From Paludibacteraceae bacterium (GTDB lineage: Bacteria > Bacteroidota > Bacteroidia > Bacteroidales > Paludibacteraceae): 64,000 nt of DNA. Positions 39,272 through 49,106 of the stretch are shown here, piece by piece (the first letter of the stretch is position 1; every line of letters begins with the position of its first letter). The DNA lies in contig JAZLBE010000038.1 of the NCBI GenBank assembly GCA_045613525.1, forward strand, positions 22,975-86,974. The letters are read 5' to 3'. The notes below the pieces were generated by a model, which had not been told where the DNA came from, searched no databases, and saw only the letters and a program-made list of their open reading frames with translations. A program made the translations under genes and the position numbers.

Positions 39272-39303
39272 TCAAAATTATAGAAAATAATATTTTAAGG
39301 TAT

Positions 39304-41031
39304 ATGAAAACTTTTTTCTCGTTCAAGGATGTATTTAGTCCAAAACTTTTTTCATCACTGCGTTCCTACAACAAAGAGCGTTTGGTGCAGGATCTCGTTG
39401 CTGGAATGATCGTTGCCGTAGTGGCTATTCCTTTGGCCATTGCTTTCGGTATCTCTTCTGGTGTGGGACCTACTGAGGGACTTGTGACTGCCATCATTGC
39501 TGGTTTTATCATCTCTGCTTTTGGAGGTAGCAAAGTGCAGATAGGTGGACCTACAGGTGCTTTCATTGTTATTATCTATGGCATTATACAGCAACATGGT
39601 CTCACGGGGCTACTCATTGCAACAATCATGGCGGGTATCTTGCTTATTCTTATGGGATTGTTCAAATTGGGTAATGTTATCAAGTTTGTACCATATCCTG
39701 TCATTGTTGGTTTTACAGCTGGTATTGCCGTTACTATTTTCTCTACTCAGATGAATGATCTTTTTGGCATGGGTATTCAAGATGCCCCTGCTGATTTCAT
39801 CCATAAATGGATTTGCTATTTCCATCACCTCTCTGATATCAATTGGTGGGCATTTGCTATTGGTATCTCTTCGCTGCTAATCATTATTTTTGCCACTAAA
39901 ATCAATAAGAAGATCCCTGGATCGTTGGTGGCTATTGTACTGATGACTCTTGTGGTTTGGTTATTGCGTGAATTCGGAGGAGTCACTTCGATCACAACAA
40001 TTGGTGATCTGTATACTTTACCTAGTGGTATGCCAGCACCACATCTTCCTGAAATCAGTCTTGCCGATGGTCAGAACTTTTTCCAACTTATCCAAGATCT
40101 CTTCCCATCTGCTTTTACGATTGCCATGCTAGGTGCTATCGAATCATTGCTTTCGGCTATGGTTGCAGATGGTGTTATAGGTGACAAACACAATTCAAAC
40201 ACCGAACTCATTGCACAAGGTATAGCCAATGTTGTAACACCATTCTTCGGTGGTATCCCAGCAACAGGAGCTATTGCGCGCACCATGGCTAATATCAACA
40301 ATGGTGGTCGTACACCAGTGGCTGGTATTGTTCATGCCTTGATGCTACTTCTAGTATTACTCTGCTTTGGTCCGCTTGTGGGTATGATTCCAATGGCATG
40401 TTTGGCAGGTGTCTTGATCATTGTCAGCTATAACATGTCAGGATGGCGCTCTTTTATCTGGCTTGCTAAGGCACCTAAGTCTGACTTCATCGTCATGCTT
40501 GTCACCTTTATACTTACCGTCATCTTTGATCTTACTATTGCTATTGAGATTGGTATGCTGCTTGCAGTTATTCTATTCTTGAAACGCACTAATGAGGCTA
40601 CTATCATCCGTTCTTTCTCCGATGAGATTGACCCAACACTTCACACAGATATTCAGTTCAAAGCTAATGACCTTGAGATGTTGCAGATTCCTCAATACAC
40701 AGAGGTGTATGAGATCGATGGCCCATATTTCTTTGGTATTGCTAACAAGTTTGATGAGATTAGCCAACGCTTAGGTTCTGAAGGACAAAAGGTACGTATA
40801 CTCCGTATGCGTAAGGTGTCTTTTATCGATTCTACTGGTATTCATAACCTAGAAGAGTTATTCCAACGTTCTCAACGCTTGGGCTTGACTTTGGTTCTTT
40901 CTGGAGTCAACGAACATGTGTTCAAAACCTTGAAGAAAGCGGGACTAGTTGAGATGTTTGGACGCGAGAATATATGTGACCATATCAATGGAGCTTTGTC
41001 TCGTTCTGAGGAGATTGTCAAACAACAATAA
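39304..41031 (+). CDS. SulP-family anion transporter with a C-terminal STAS domain
   Basis: A polytopic N-terminal domain with SulP-like motifs (GGIPATGAIARTMAN) is followed by a STAS-like C-terminus (VRILRMRKVSFIDSTG). Confidence 0.9.
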   Translation: MKTFFSFKDVFSPKLFSSLRSYNKERLVQDLVAGMIVAVVAIPLAIAFGISSGVGPTEGLVTAIIAGFIISAFGGSKVQIGGPTGAFIVIIYGIIQQHGLTGLLIATIMAGILLILMGLFKLGNVIKFVPYPVIVGFTAGIAVTIFSTQMNDLFGMGIQDAPADFIHKWICYFHHLSDINWWAFAIGISSLLIIIFATKINKKIPGSLVAIVLMTLVVWLLREFGGVTSITTIGDLYTLPSGMPAPHLPEISLADGQNFFQLIQDLFPSAFTIAMLGAIESLLSAMVADGVIGDKHNSNTELIAQGIANVVTPFFGGIPATGAIARTMANINNGGRTPVAGIVHALMLLLVLLCFGPLVGMIPMACLAGVLIIVSYNMSGWRSFIWLAKAPKSDFIVMLVTFILTVIFDLTIAIEIGMLLAVILFLKRTNEATIIRSFSDEIDPTLHTDIQFKANDLEMLQIPQYTEVYEIDGPYFFGIANKFDEISQRLGSEGQKVRILRMRKVSFIDSTGIHNLEELFQRSQRLGLTLVLSGVNEHVFKTLKKAGLVEMFGRENICDHINGALSRSEEIVKQQ

Positions 41032-41039
41032 TATGTAAC

Positions 41040-42113
41040 ATGGCTAAACGCGTACTCATAGGCATGTCTGGTGGCATAGACTCTACTGTAGCAGCAATCT
41101 TGCTACAGGAGCAGGGCTATGAATTAGTTGGTGCTACTTTCCGAACATTTGATGTGAATAAAGACCAGGATCTGTCCAACGATAAGTCCTGTTGTTCCGA
41201 GGATAGCATTGTCGAAGCACAAAAAATGGCGCAAACCTTAGGTATAGAGCACCATATTTTGGATTTTCGTGATACTTTCCATCAATATGTCATTTCTAAT
41301 TTTGTGAGTGAATATGCGTCTGGTCGTACCCCTAATCCATGTGTGATATGCAACTCGCATATCAAGTGGGGTAAGCTGCTTGAGGCTGCTGACCAATTCC
41401 ACTGCGACTATGTAGCTACAGGACACTATGCACAGATTGCTGAGCATCGTGGACATCTATACCTCAAGAATGCTGTTGATACATTCAAGGATCAGACTTA
41501 TTTCCTATGGATGCTTACTGAGGATAACCTACGCCGAACAATCTTCCCACTAGGTGGATTGACCAAAGCACAAGTCCGACAGATAGCACTAGATCGCGGA
41601 TACGAAGTCTTGAGTAAGAAAGCAGAGAGTCAGGATATTTGTTTTATTCCTAATAATGATTACCGTACTTTTCTTGCTGAACAAGGTATCGATACTGCAC
41701 CTGGCAACTATATAAATGCTTCTGGCAAGATTTTGGGCAAACATTGTGGTTTTTGCAACTATACCATTGGACAACGAAAAGGATTAGGTATTGCACTTGG
41801 CTCGCCCAAACATGTCATAGCAATAGATGCTCAAGCCAATACCGTTACACTAGGCGAACATGACGATTTATATACCCACGATGTATATGCCTCTCAAGTT
41901 AGCCTCAGGGATATGGACTGGTTGAACGAATCCCCTGTTGTTACTGCTCGGATCCGATACAAGTCTCCTGCGGTGCAAGCTACTATTACCTCGGACTCTA
42001 TGCCTGACACCCTGCATCTCCATTTCGAACAACCTGTTTGGGGTGTCACGCCTGGACAATCTTTGGTGATTTATAAGGATGGACTCCTTATCGGTGGAGG
42101 AATTATTCAATAG
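41040..42113 (+). CDS. mnmA: tRNA 2-thiouridine(34) synthase
   Basis: It has the PP-loop GMSGGIDSTV, catalytic-Cys context (NPCVICN) and KDQTYFL. Confidence 0.95.
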   Translation: MAKRVLIGMSGGIDSTVAAILLQEQGYELVGATFRTFDVNKDQDLSNDKSCCSEDSIVEAQKMAQTLGIEHHILDFRDTFHQYVISNFVSEYASGRTPNPCVICNSHIKWGKLLEAADQFHCDYVATGHYAQIAEHRGHLYLKNAVDTFKDQTYFLWMLTEDNLRRTIFPLGGLTKAQVRQIALDRGYEVLSKKAESQDICFIPNNDYRTFLAEQGIDTAPGNYINASGKILGKHCGFCNYTIGQRKGLGIALGSPKHVIAIDAQANTVTLGEHDDLYTHDVYASQVSLRDMDWLNESPVVTARIRYKSPAVQATITSDSMPDTLHLHFEQPVWGVTPGQSLVIYKDGLLIGGGIIQ

Positions 42114-42148
42114 ATAGATTTTTTTTAACACAACAATAAATTTTTAAT

Positions 42149-44854
42149 ATGAGAAAACTTACACTTTTACTCCTATCTGTCTTTGCGCTATCAGCCATAG
42201 CACAGGTAACAACAGTGCCTGCTATTATCCAAAAAGGATATACGGGCGAGGTCACTATCATTTTCAATCCAAATGAGGGTAACAAAGGCATGTCAGGTGC
42301 AACCAAGTGCTATGCACACACTGGACTCATCACCAGCGCTTCTTCTAATGATGGTGATTGGAAAAACGTCGTTGAGGGTTGGCGTGCTAACACATCCAAA
42401 ACCCAAATGACTAAGGATGGCAATAACTGGAAACTTGTTATCCCTAACATCTATGAGTACTACAATTGCCCTTCTACTACCGAAATTAAGAAACTTGCTT
42501 TCGTTTTCCACGATGGTCCTGGTGGTTCTAAGGAAGGTAAAACAGCCGAAGGTGGTGATATCTTTGTAGAGCTTGCAGACAAGGGTCTAGCGGTTTCTAT
42601 CAATGATCTTCAAGAGATCACAAGTCTCAATTCCAAGGTTACATTTGTAGGTAATGCTACTGCTTCTGCTACTCTAACACTCAAGATTAATGGTGAAACA
42701 GTCAAAACTGCAACAGGTACCCAACTTACACACGATTATACTTTTACTGCTCAAGGTAACTACAGCATTGAGTTCTCTGCAACTGCTGGTTCTGAAACAG
42801 TCAAGGCTACTGCTTTCACATGCGTTCCTAATGCTCCGGTCAAAGCTAATCGTCCTGCTGGTATTATCAATGGTATCTACTATGACGAGGCTGATCAAAC
42901 CAAGGCTACACTCTGTACATATGCTGCTAGCAAGAACGCACCTGCTAAAAACGTTTTCGTTGTGGGTGATTTCAATGACTGGACAATCTCCAATGACTAC
43001 CAACTCAAACAAGCGAATGATAGCGCATACTTCTGGATTGAACTCACAGGTCTCAACCCAGGCCAAGAATATGCTATGCAATATGTTGTAGTTCGTGCTG
43101 ATGGTAAAGTGGTACGCATCTCTGATCTCTATTCTGAGAAGGTTCTTCATGGCGATGATAAATGGATTACTGGATATAAGAACGACTATCCTGAGCAAGG
43201 TGATGGTTATGTGACCGTCATCCAAACCGCAAAACCTAAATTCAATTGGTCAGATGCAACTCTCAACTTCAAACGTCCAAACAAGAATAACCTCATTATT
43301 TACGAGCTTTGGGTATATGACCATACTCCTTCTCGCAATATTGCTGGTCTTTTGGAGCGCCTTGATTATTTCGTGGATCTCGGTGTTAATGCTATCGAGC
43401 TTATGCCTATTACCGAGTTTGATGGCAACGAGAACTGGGGATACTCTCCTAACCACTTCTTCGCACTAGACAAAGCTTATGGTACTCCTGAGGAGTTCAA
43501 GACTTTCGTTGATGAGTGCCACAAACGTGGTATAGCCGTTATCATTGATATGGTGTTCAACCACGCTACAGGTCTCAACCCAATGAACAAACTCTATCCT
43601 TATGGATCTGAGTTGAGCAATAACCCTTGGTTCAATGTTACTGCTCCTCACTCAGACAATGTATACGAGGATTGGAACCACGACTTCGTTCCTACCAAAA
43701 CGATGTTTACACGCTCACTTGCTTACTGGCTCACTGAGTATAAAGTAGACGGTTTCCGTATGGACCTTAGCCATGGTCTCTGTGGTACAACGGCTAATAC
43801 ATCAGTTGCTAATATCAAGCACTACTATGAGAATGGTGTTAAAGCCGTTTCTCCTGATGCATACATGATCCTTGAGCACTGGGGCGGTAATATGGGTTCT
43901 GAGCGTCCACAACTCGTTAATGCAGGTATGATGTGTTGGGATAACACCACCAACGCTTACTACCAAACCGCTATGGGATGGCTTAAAGATGGTGACGATC
44001 TAACACCTGCTAACAAGGACAACTACGTTACCTACTGCGAGAGTCACGATGAGGAACGCGCTTTCTTCAAGGCTAAACAATGGGGTAATGGTAATCTCCA
44101 AAAAAGCGAGGAGGATCGCGCAGCGCGCGTACCTTTGAATATGGCATTCTTGACTATGCTCAATGGTCCTAAGATGTTCTACCACTTCGCTGAACTTGGT
44201 TACGATAATTCTAAATATCAAAACGCACAAGGTCAATGGGGTAAGAATGACTACGGAATCGCTAGCCAACTTGGTGCAGACTACGACTGCAAGATGCAAG
44301 CTAAAATGCGTCCTGAGAAATGGTTAACCGCAGGCCATTGCCGTCTCGAGGCATTCATTAAGGTAGGTCAAATCATCCAACTTCGTACCCGTCTCATCCC
44401 AGAGGTGTTTGAGGGTAACCCAACTGCTGTTAGCCTTGGTTCTGGTAAGAAGTTACGTACTGTCCAATGGGGTAGCGATGTCTATGTTGCAGGTAACTTT
44501 GATGTAACTGGCAACCAGACTGTTACTGTTCCTTCTGGCGCATGGTACAACTACCTAGAGCAAAAGAAACAAACAACTACAACCATTACTTTGGCTCCAG
44601 GTGAGGTAGTTATTCTTACTGGTAAGGAACTCCAATTGCCACACATCAAGACAGATGTAGAGAATGTACTTCTTCCTGGTACATCTTCTGAGATCTTCCC
44701 TCCATACAACGTGACTATCTATAATCTTAATGGTCAAGTTGTATCTGTTCAAAACAATGTAGATCAAGCTAATATGGGTGTATTGAAGAAAGGTCTCTAC
44801 CTAGTTCAATACGAGAAGAATGGCAAGACTACTACTCAAAAAGTTATGCGCTAA
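42149..44854 (+). CDS. Secreted GH13 alpha-glucan hydrolase (pullulanase/amylase-like) with a T9SS C-terminal sorting domain
   Basis: It has a signal peptide and GH13 regions VIIDMVFNHA, GFRMDLSHG, ILEHWG and CESHDE. The last 70 aa or so match the T9SS CTD pattern (NVTIYNLNGQVV...KKGLYLVQYEKNGKTTTQKVMR). Confidence 0.85.
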   Translation: MRKLTLLLLSVFALSAIAQVTTVPAIIQKGYTGEVTIIFNPNEGNKGMSGATKCYAHTGLITSASSNDGDWKNVVEGWRANTSKTQMTKDGNNWKLVIPNIYEYYNCPSTTEIKKLAFVFHDGPGGSKEGKTAEGGDIFVELADKGLAVSINDLQEITSLNSKVTFVGNATASATLTLKINGETVKTATGTQLTHDYTFTAQGNYSIEFSATAGSETVKATAFTCVPNAPVKANRPAGIINGIYYDEADQTKATLCTYAASKNAPAKNVFVVGDFNDWTISNDYQLKQANDSAYFWIELTGLNPGQEYAMQYVVVRADGKVVRISDLYSEKVLHGDDKWITGYKNDYPEQGDGYVTVIQTAKPKFNWSDATLNFKRPNKNNLIIYELWVYDHTPSRNIAGLLERLDYFVDLGVNAIELMPITEFDGNENWGYSPNHFFALDKAYGTPEEFKTFVDECHKRGIAVIIDMVFNHATGLNPMNKLYPYGSELSNNPWFNVTAPHSDNVYEDWNHDFVPTKTMFTRSLAYWLTEYKVDGFRMDLSHGLCGTTANTSVANIKHYYENGVKAVSPDAYMILEHWGGNMGSERPQLVNAGMMCWDNTTNAYYQTAMGWLKDGDDLTPANKDNYVTYCESHDEERAFFKAKQWGNGNLQKSEEDRAARVPLNMAFLTMLNGPKMFYHFAELGYDNSKYQNAQGQWGKNDYGIASQLGADYDCKMQAKMRPEKWLTAGHCRLEAFIKVGQIIQLRTRLIPEVFEGNPTAVSLGSGKKLRTVQWGSDVYVAGNFDVTGNQTVTVPSGAWYNYLEQKKQTTTTITLAPGEVVILTGKELQLPHIKTDVENVLLPGTSSEIFPPYNVTIYNLNGQVVSVQNNVDQANMGVLKKGLYLVQYEKNGKTTTQKVMR

Positions 44855-44876
44855 TCAATAGCCAGTTCTATACGAA

Positions 44877-44910
44877 TAAAGCTGCGTTTCATCGCAGCTT
44901 TATTTTTTTT
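44877..44910 (+). terminator. Intrinsic terminator after the GH13/T9SS gene
   Basis: The stem ATAAAGCTGCG / CGCAGCTTTAT is followed by a T8 run. Confidence 0.8.
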
Positions 44911-45060
44911 CTAACCTCTAACCAACCCCTTATCTCCATTGGAACCTCATTGAGACCTGATTGGAACATCGCTGTATCTCTACCTTAACTCTACCATAGG
45001 ATTCCGCTACCCTTGCGCTACCTTTAGGCTATCTTAAACCTATTGATATATTCCTACCTA
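44911..45060. repeat. G-poor spacer built from adjacent pairs of 11-bp direct repeats
   Basis: The pairs are CTAACCTCTAA/CCAACCCCTTA (8/11 identical), CTCTACCTTAA/CTCTACCATAG (9/11) and CGCTACCCTTG/CGCTACCTTTA (9/11). ATTGGAAC occurs twice, 22 bp apart. By hand count the plus strand has about 47 C against 18 G in 150 nt. Confidence 0.7.
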
Positions 45061-45064
45061 GTAC

Positions 45065-45098
45065 AAAAAAAGATGCTCTCTTAGAGAACATCTTTTTT
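45065..45098 (-). terminator. Intrinsic terminator after the small OMP gene (palindromic, usable in both directions)
   Basis: The sequence is A7-GATGCTCTC-TTA-GAGAACATC-T6. Confidence 0.7.
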
Positions 45099-45117
45099 CT
45101 TTTATTTCCAACTTGTA

Positions 45118-45612
45118 TTATAACAAGTAGCGAACGCCAAGTGTTACACCGCTAATGATTCCGTTCAAACCAAAACCAATGTTGCCTGCTGTGTTATCTA
45201 CACCAAGGGTTGGACGCAAATCCAATGATAGTTGCAATGGGAACCAGAAGTCATACTCTACACCAACGTGAGCTGCTGCACCTACATACCAATGGGTATC
45301 CTCATTTGGATCAAACAAGTTGTACATACCACCTGATGCACCTAGACCAAGAGCCCATTTCCACTCACCTTTGTAGTCCCATGGAATTGCTGTACCGAAT
45401 GGGTTGATCCAATCGTATGTTACTTTTGCACCAAGACCATTGAATCCAGGAATGTTTATTGATACATCAAGCATATTTGCCTCGCCGAGAGAATGTTGGT
45501 AAGATAGATCAACACCATAACCCAAGTTCACACCAATAGCGCGTGGTTGAGCTACCGCTGTAGCTGCGCCTACAAATGCCAAAATAGCAACCAAAAGAAT
45601 ACTCTTTTTCAT
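45118..45612 (-). CDS. Small outer-membrane beta-barrel protein
   Basis: It has a signal peptide (AATAVAQ) and alternating hydrophobic beta-strand pattern. The Gly/aromatic-rich sequence ends in an aromatic-containing C-terminal strand (LGVRYLL). Confidence 0.65.
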   Translation of the reverse strand: MKKSILLVAILAFVGAATAVAQPRAIGVNLGYGVDLSYQHSLGEANMLDVSINIPGFNGLGAKVTYDWINPFGTAIPWDYKGEWKWALGLGASGGMYNLFDPNEDTHWYVGAAAHVGVEYDFWFPLQLSLDLRPTLGVDNTAGNIGFGLNGIISGVTLGVRYLL

Positions 45613-45713
45613 AATGATAATGTTTTTTAATTTTTTATAATATTTTTTCTATTAATTTTGTCATTCACTTTTTCTTTTGACAAAAAATAACCCATTTTGA
45701 TAGATTATTTCTG

Positions 45714-45721
45714 CAAAGGTA
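45714..45721 (-). promoter_or_regulatory. -7 promoter box (TACCTTTG) for the small OMP gene
   Basis: It matches TAnnTTTG on the minus strand, within the divergent AT-rich intergenic region. Confidence 0.45.
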
Positions 45722-45815
45722 CTATTTTTTTTTAGACTATACAAATATTTTACATTTTTTTAAGTAAAAAAATGGTCAGTCTTTTTCAAATCTTGCATAT
45801 CTAAAAAAAAAATTG

Positions 45816-45823
45816 TACCTTTG
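45816..45823 (+). promoter_or_regulatory. -7 promoter box (TACCTTTG) for the aminotransferase gene
   Basis: It matches TAnnTTTG, 61 nt upstream of the ATG at 45884, and is preceded by an A10 run. Confidence 0.5.
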
Positions 45824-45883
45824 CACCCGTAAATATTACGAGTAATATTCCGAATTTTATAATACCAAATAGTACAAAAGATT

Positions 45884-47089
45884 ATGTTGATTTCTAATCG
45901 TATTGCTGCACTTGAAGAGTCAGCTACACTACAGGTTGCTGCACTTTGCCAACAACTCCGCGCAGAAGGAGTTGATGTTATTGGTCTATCATTGGGCGAA
46001 CCTGATTTCCCAGCTCCAGCACACGTTAAGCAGGCTGCTATTGATGCTGTCAACAATGACATTTCTCACTATGGCCCAACTCCTGGTTTTCCTGCCCTTC
46101 GTCAGGCTATAGCTGATACGCTCAACAAGGATATCGCTGCTTATCCTGTTCGTCCTTATAATGCTAATGATATCGTAGTTTCTGTGGGTGCTAAACAGGC
46201 TCTCTGCAATGCTATTGAAGCTATTATCGGTCCTGGTGATGAGGTGATCATGCCTACACCATGTTGGGTTAGCTACGTGGAGATGGTCAAGATTGCGCAA
46301 GGCAAAACAGTTTTGGTTAAAACAACCATGGAGAACAATTTCTGCTTGACTGCAGAGCAACTTCAGGAGGCTATCACGCCTAATACCAAACTCCTCATGT
46401 TGTGCTCTCCTAATAACCCTACAGGTTCTGTGTATACATATGAGAATCTTAAAGCCATTGTGGAAGTCCTCAAACAACATCCACAAATCGTTGTGCTTGC
46501 AGACGAGATCTACCAACATATCCTATATACTGGCAAACACGAGACTTTGGCTCAGTTCCCAGAGATCGAAGATAGGTTGATTATTATCAATGGTGTCAGC
46601 AAGGCATATGCTATGACTGGTTATCGTATAGGATGGCTCGCTTGTCACGACAAAGATTTTATCACCGCAGTCAAACGTCTCCAAGGACAGACCATCAGCT
46701 GTGCTACTACCATCGCTCAGAAAGCTGCTGAGGCTGCATATGTTGGCCCACAAGATTGCGTTGAGCACATGCGCCAAGCTTTTGAGCGTCGTCGCAATCT
46801 CATCGTAGGACTAGCTAAGGATATTCCTGGCATGAAGGTTCTCGAGCCACAAGGTGCCTTCTATCTTTTCCCAGATGTTTCTGCTTTCTTCGGCAAACAA
46901 TACCAAGGACAGACCATCAACAATGCCGACGAACTGGTTACCTATCTCCTCCAAGAGGCACATGTCGCTTGTGTATCAGGTAGTGCTTTTGGCGAAGATA
47001 AATGCATTCGCTTCTCATACGCAACCAGCGAGGATCTTATTGTAGAAGCTATGCGCCGCATGAAGGAGGCACTTGCCAAACTCGCATAA
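45884..47089 (+). CDS. Class I PLP-dependent (aspartate-type) aminotransferase
   Basis: The PLP-lysine context SKAYAMTGYRIGW, NPTG and the roughly 400-aa length fit. Confidence 0.88.
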   Translation: MLISNRIAALEESATLQVAALCQQLRAEGVDVIGLSLGEPDFPAPAHVKQAAIDAVNNDISHYGPTPGFPALRQAIADTLNKDIAAYPVRPYNANDIVVSVGAKQALCNAIEAIIGPGDEVIMPTPCWVSYVEMVKIAQGKTVLVKTTMENNFCLTAEQLQEAITPNTKLLMLCSPNNPTGSVYTYENLKAIVEVLKQHPQIVVLADEIYQHILYTGKHETLAQFPEIEDRLIIINGVSKAYAMTGYRIGWLACHDKDFITAVKRLQGQTISCATTIAQKAAEAAYVGPQDCVEHMRQAFERRRNLIVGLAKDIPGMKVLEPQGAFYLFPDVSAFFGKQYQGQTINNADELVTYLLQEAHVACVSGSAFGEDKCIRFSYATSEDLIVEAMRRMKEALAKLA

Positions 47090-47122
47090 CCGCCTAATCG
47101 GTTAACCGATATAATAAAATAG

Positions 47123-47150
47123 AGAAGGGAGCATCATGCTCCCTTCTTTT
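47123..47150. terminator. Shared terminator hairpin between convergent genes
   Basis: A perfect 11-bp stem (AGAAGGGAGCA / TGCTCCCTTCT) has the 3-nt loop TCA, followed by a T run on the plus strand. Confidence 0.7.
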
Positions 47151-48186
47151 GTTTCTCTGCCTGCCGTCCTGCTATACTTAGTTGGATAGAGTTAAACAGG
47201 TTTTGCCATATGATGTATACAGCTGGTGCCATCGACGCTATCGGTACTAGATATGCCTGTGCCATCCATATGGCTAGGGTAGTATTCTTCTGACCAAATG
47301 CCTGCCCCGCCGTTATTTGGCTCACTTTCTGCATCGAGTAGTTGGCGGCCTCTGGATTGATGAGCACATCCTTATAGTCATGCCCTTTTGTCCCTGCTGG
47401 ATGGTGATATCCTATCCATTTACCTAGGCCAAACTGCATAAGACATGTTATGAGTGATCCTATGCATATGATGACGATGGTCCATAGACTATAACTCTGA
47501 TGTATAAGCGAGTAGGTCAGATCGCCCATCAGGATGACCAGTGTCACCACCCATACATAGAAGGGCATACTCGCCATTTTTCTTGGCAGTACAAAGCGCT
47601 TCTCGCTTCCTTGCTTTCTTTGATATTGATCATAGACGTATCGTATCAACCATGCAGCTAGGAATGGGGCTATCAGTAGTGGCGATATCTTACGCAGTAT
47701 CATCCAAAAGGCTTGGCTGAATTCAATACTTGCTTCAGGATTAACAATAGGGAAGAAGATCGGTACGACAATTGCCGTTGCTATATTGCTGAGCAAGGTG
47801 AATGATGTTAGGTTCTGTATACTACCTCCCAACTTACCTGCTATGATAGCGGCTGCGCTTGCTGTAGGCATTATCACGCACAACATCAGTCCTTGCGAAA
47901 TGATCGCTACGTCCTGACTTGCCAGTTGGGTGTGTTGCCCTAAAACATATTCCAGTCCATAGTACAGCGTGACACCCAATACCAACTGAACTACTAGCAC
48001 TAACCAGTGCCACGTTCTTAGTCGCAGATCTGCGGGATTGATCTTACAGAAGGTGAAAAAGAGCATCAGGAAGATGAGCGGCGGCAACATCCATGTCATA
48101 TGCCTAAAAATAGCATAACCCGCTACGCCCACTACCATTGCTAATGCCAGTGCATTGCGCTCTAAAAATGATTTTATACGCTCCAT
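47134..48186 (-). CDS. Polytopic membrane transporter (bile acid:Na+ symporter / ACR3-like fold; family tentative)
   Basis: It has about 10 predicted hydrophobic helices. The resemblance to BASS-type transporters comes from memory only. Confidence 0.5.
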   Translation of the reverse strand: MERIKSFLERNALALAMVVGVAGYAIFRHMTWMLPPLIFLMLFFTFCKINPADLRLRTWHWLVLVVQLVLGVTLYYGLEYVLGQHTQLASQDVAIISQGLMLCVIMPTASAAAIIAGKLGGSIQNLTSFTLLSNIATAIVVPIFFPIVNPEASIEFSQAFWMILRKISPLLIAPFLAAWLIRYVYDQYQRKQGSEKRFVLPRKMASMPFYVWVVTLVILMGDLTYSLIHQSYSLWTIVIICIGSLITCLMQFGLGKWIGYHHPAGTKGHDYKDVLINPEAANYSMQKVSQITAGQAFGQKNTTLAIWMAQAYLVPIASMAPAVYIIWQNLFNSIQLSIAGRQAEKQKKGA

Positions 48187-48203
48187 CTCTGCCCTTAACT
48201 CGC

Positions 48204-49100
48204 TTATCTATTCACAGCCTTTACACGATATCCTGCGGCCTTTAGTTGAGCCAATAATCCATCTTCGCCTCCTAGATATATAGCATTCAGTGTAATAAAG
48301 GCCTTACCTTCCTTCAGGTATGGACGGAGTCGTTTGACCCATTCTTTGTTTCGCTTACTATATACCATATAGTCCGAATAGGATAGAGTAGAGGTGTTGT
48401 CTGGTCCTTTGACGGTATATGCCATATCTGATAGGCGTCCATATCGATACATCTCGCATAGTGTACGCTCTAGTTGTATCTCTTTTTCTGGATGCTCAAC
48501 GATCTTGCTCAACTCTTTGCATTGCCACTCAAAAGGTTCTCGGTCAAAGATCATATACATGGTCTCACCTATATTGTCCAAACCATATATGGGCGTGTTG
48601 TTTTGTATTGCAACTGCCTCAAAAAAAGTTTCCATCGAGCGATCCTCGTTGTAGCCCAACCATTGTTTCATGAGTTCATTACGAAACATTTCTGTCAGAT
48701 AGGATGGTTTCATCCTACACAGTTTGTCCATACCCATACCAATATGGAAACTTAGCGCACCATCGATAGCCTCATATTCCTTTTCTGTGAAGAAGTTGTG
48801 TAGTACGATCGAGTCGGGTAGCAATGCCGCTTGACGTAAGGCTGCTATGGCTTCGTAATCTTGCATGGCAAACTCTGTTATGACCTTGTCACACGCACTA
48901 AAACATTTGAATACATTAGGGATCGTGTCGATGAATGACATGTCCACTAGTCTATTCGTGGCTAGTATATAGGATGGGGCTGATGCCGCATTGCTAGACA
49001 CCTTATACAGTACTTGCGCATTAGTCGTATGCACACCTACAACCCATAGTATGAGTAGCGTGATTCTCCACTTCATATTCATGTACTTGCTTAACTGCAT
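48204..49100 (-). CDS. TraB/GumN family protein
   Basis: It has a signal peptide and the characteristic C-terminal pattern (AIYLGGEDGLLAQLKAAGYRVKAV). Confidence 0.68.
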   Translation of the reverse strand: MQLSKYMNMKWRITLLILWVVGVHTTNAQVLYKVSSNAASAPSYILATNRLVDMSFIDTIPNVFKCFSACDKVITEFAMQDYEAIAALRQAALLPDSIVLHNFFTEKEYEAIDGALSFHIGMGMDKLCRMKPSYLTEMFRNELMKQWLGYNEDRSMETFFEAVAIQNNTPIYGLDNIGETMYMIFDREPFEWQCKELSKIVEHPEKEIQLERTLCEMYRYGRLSDMAYTVKGPDNTSTLSYSDYMVYSKRNKEWVKRLRPYLKEGKAFITLNAIYLGGEDGLLAQLKAAGYRVKAVNR

Positions 49101-49106
49101 GGATGC

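Noticed and set aside
44939-44955. A sigma-54 promoter reading of TTGGAAC-N5-TTGAGA. The same reading applies at 29051-29067.
   Set aside because: The -24 GG is present, but the invariant -12 GC is replaced by GA. No bEBP or rpoN context is visible, and at 44.9 kb no gene lies downstream.
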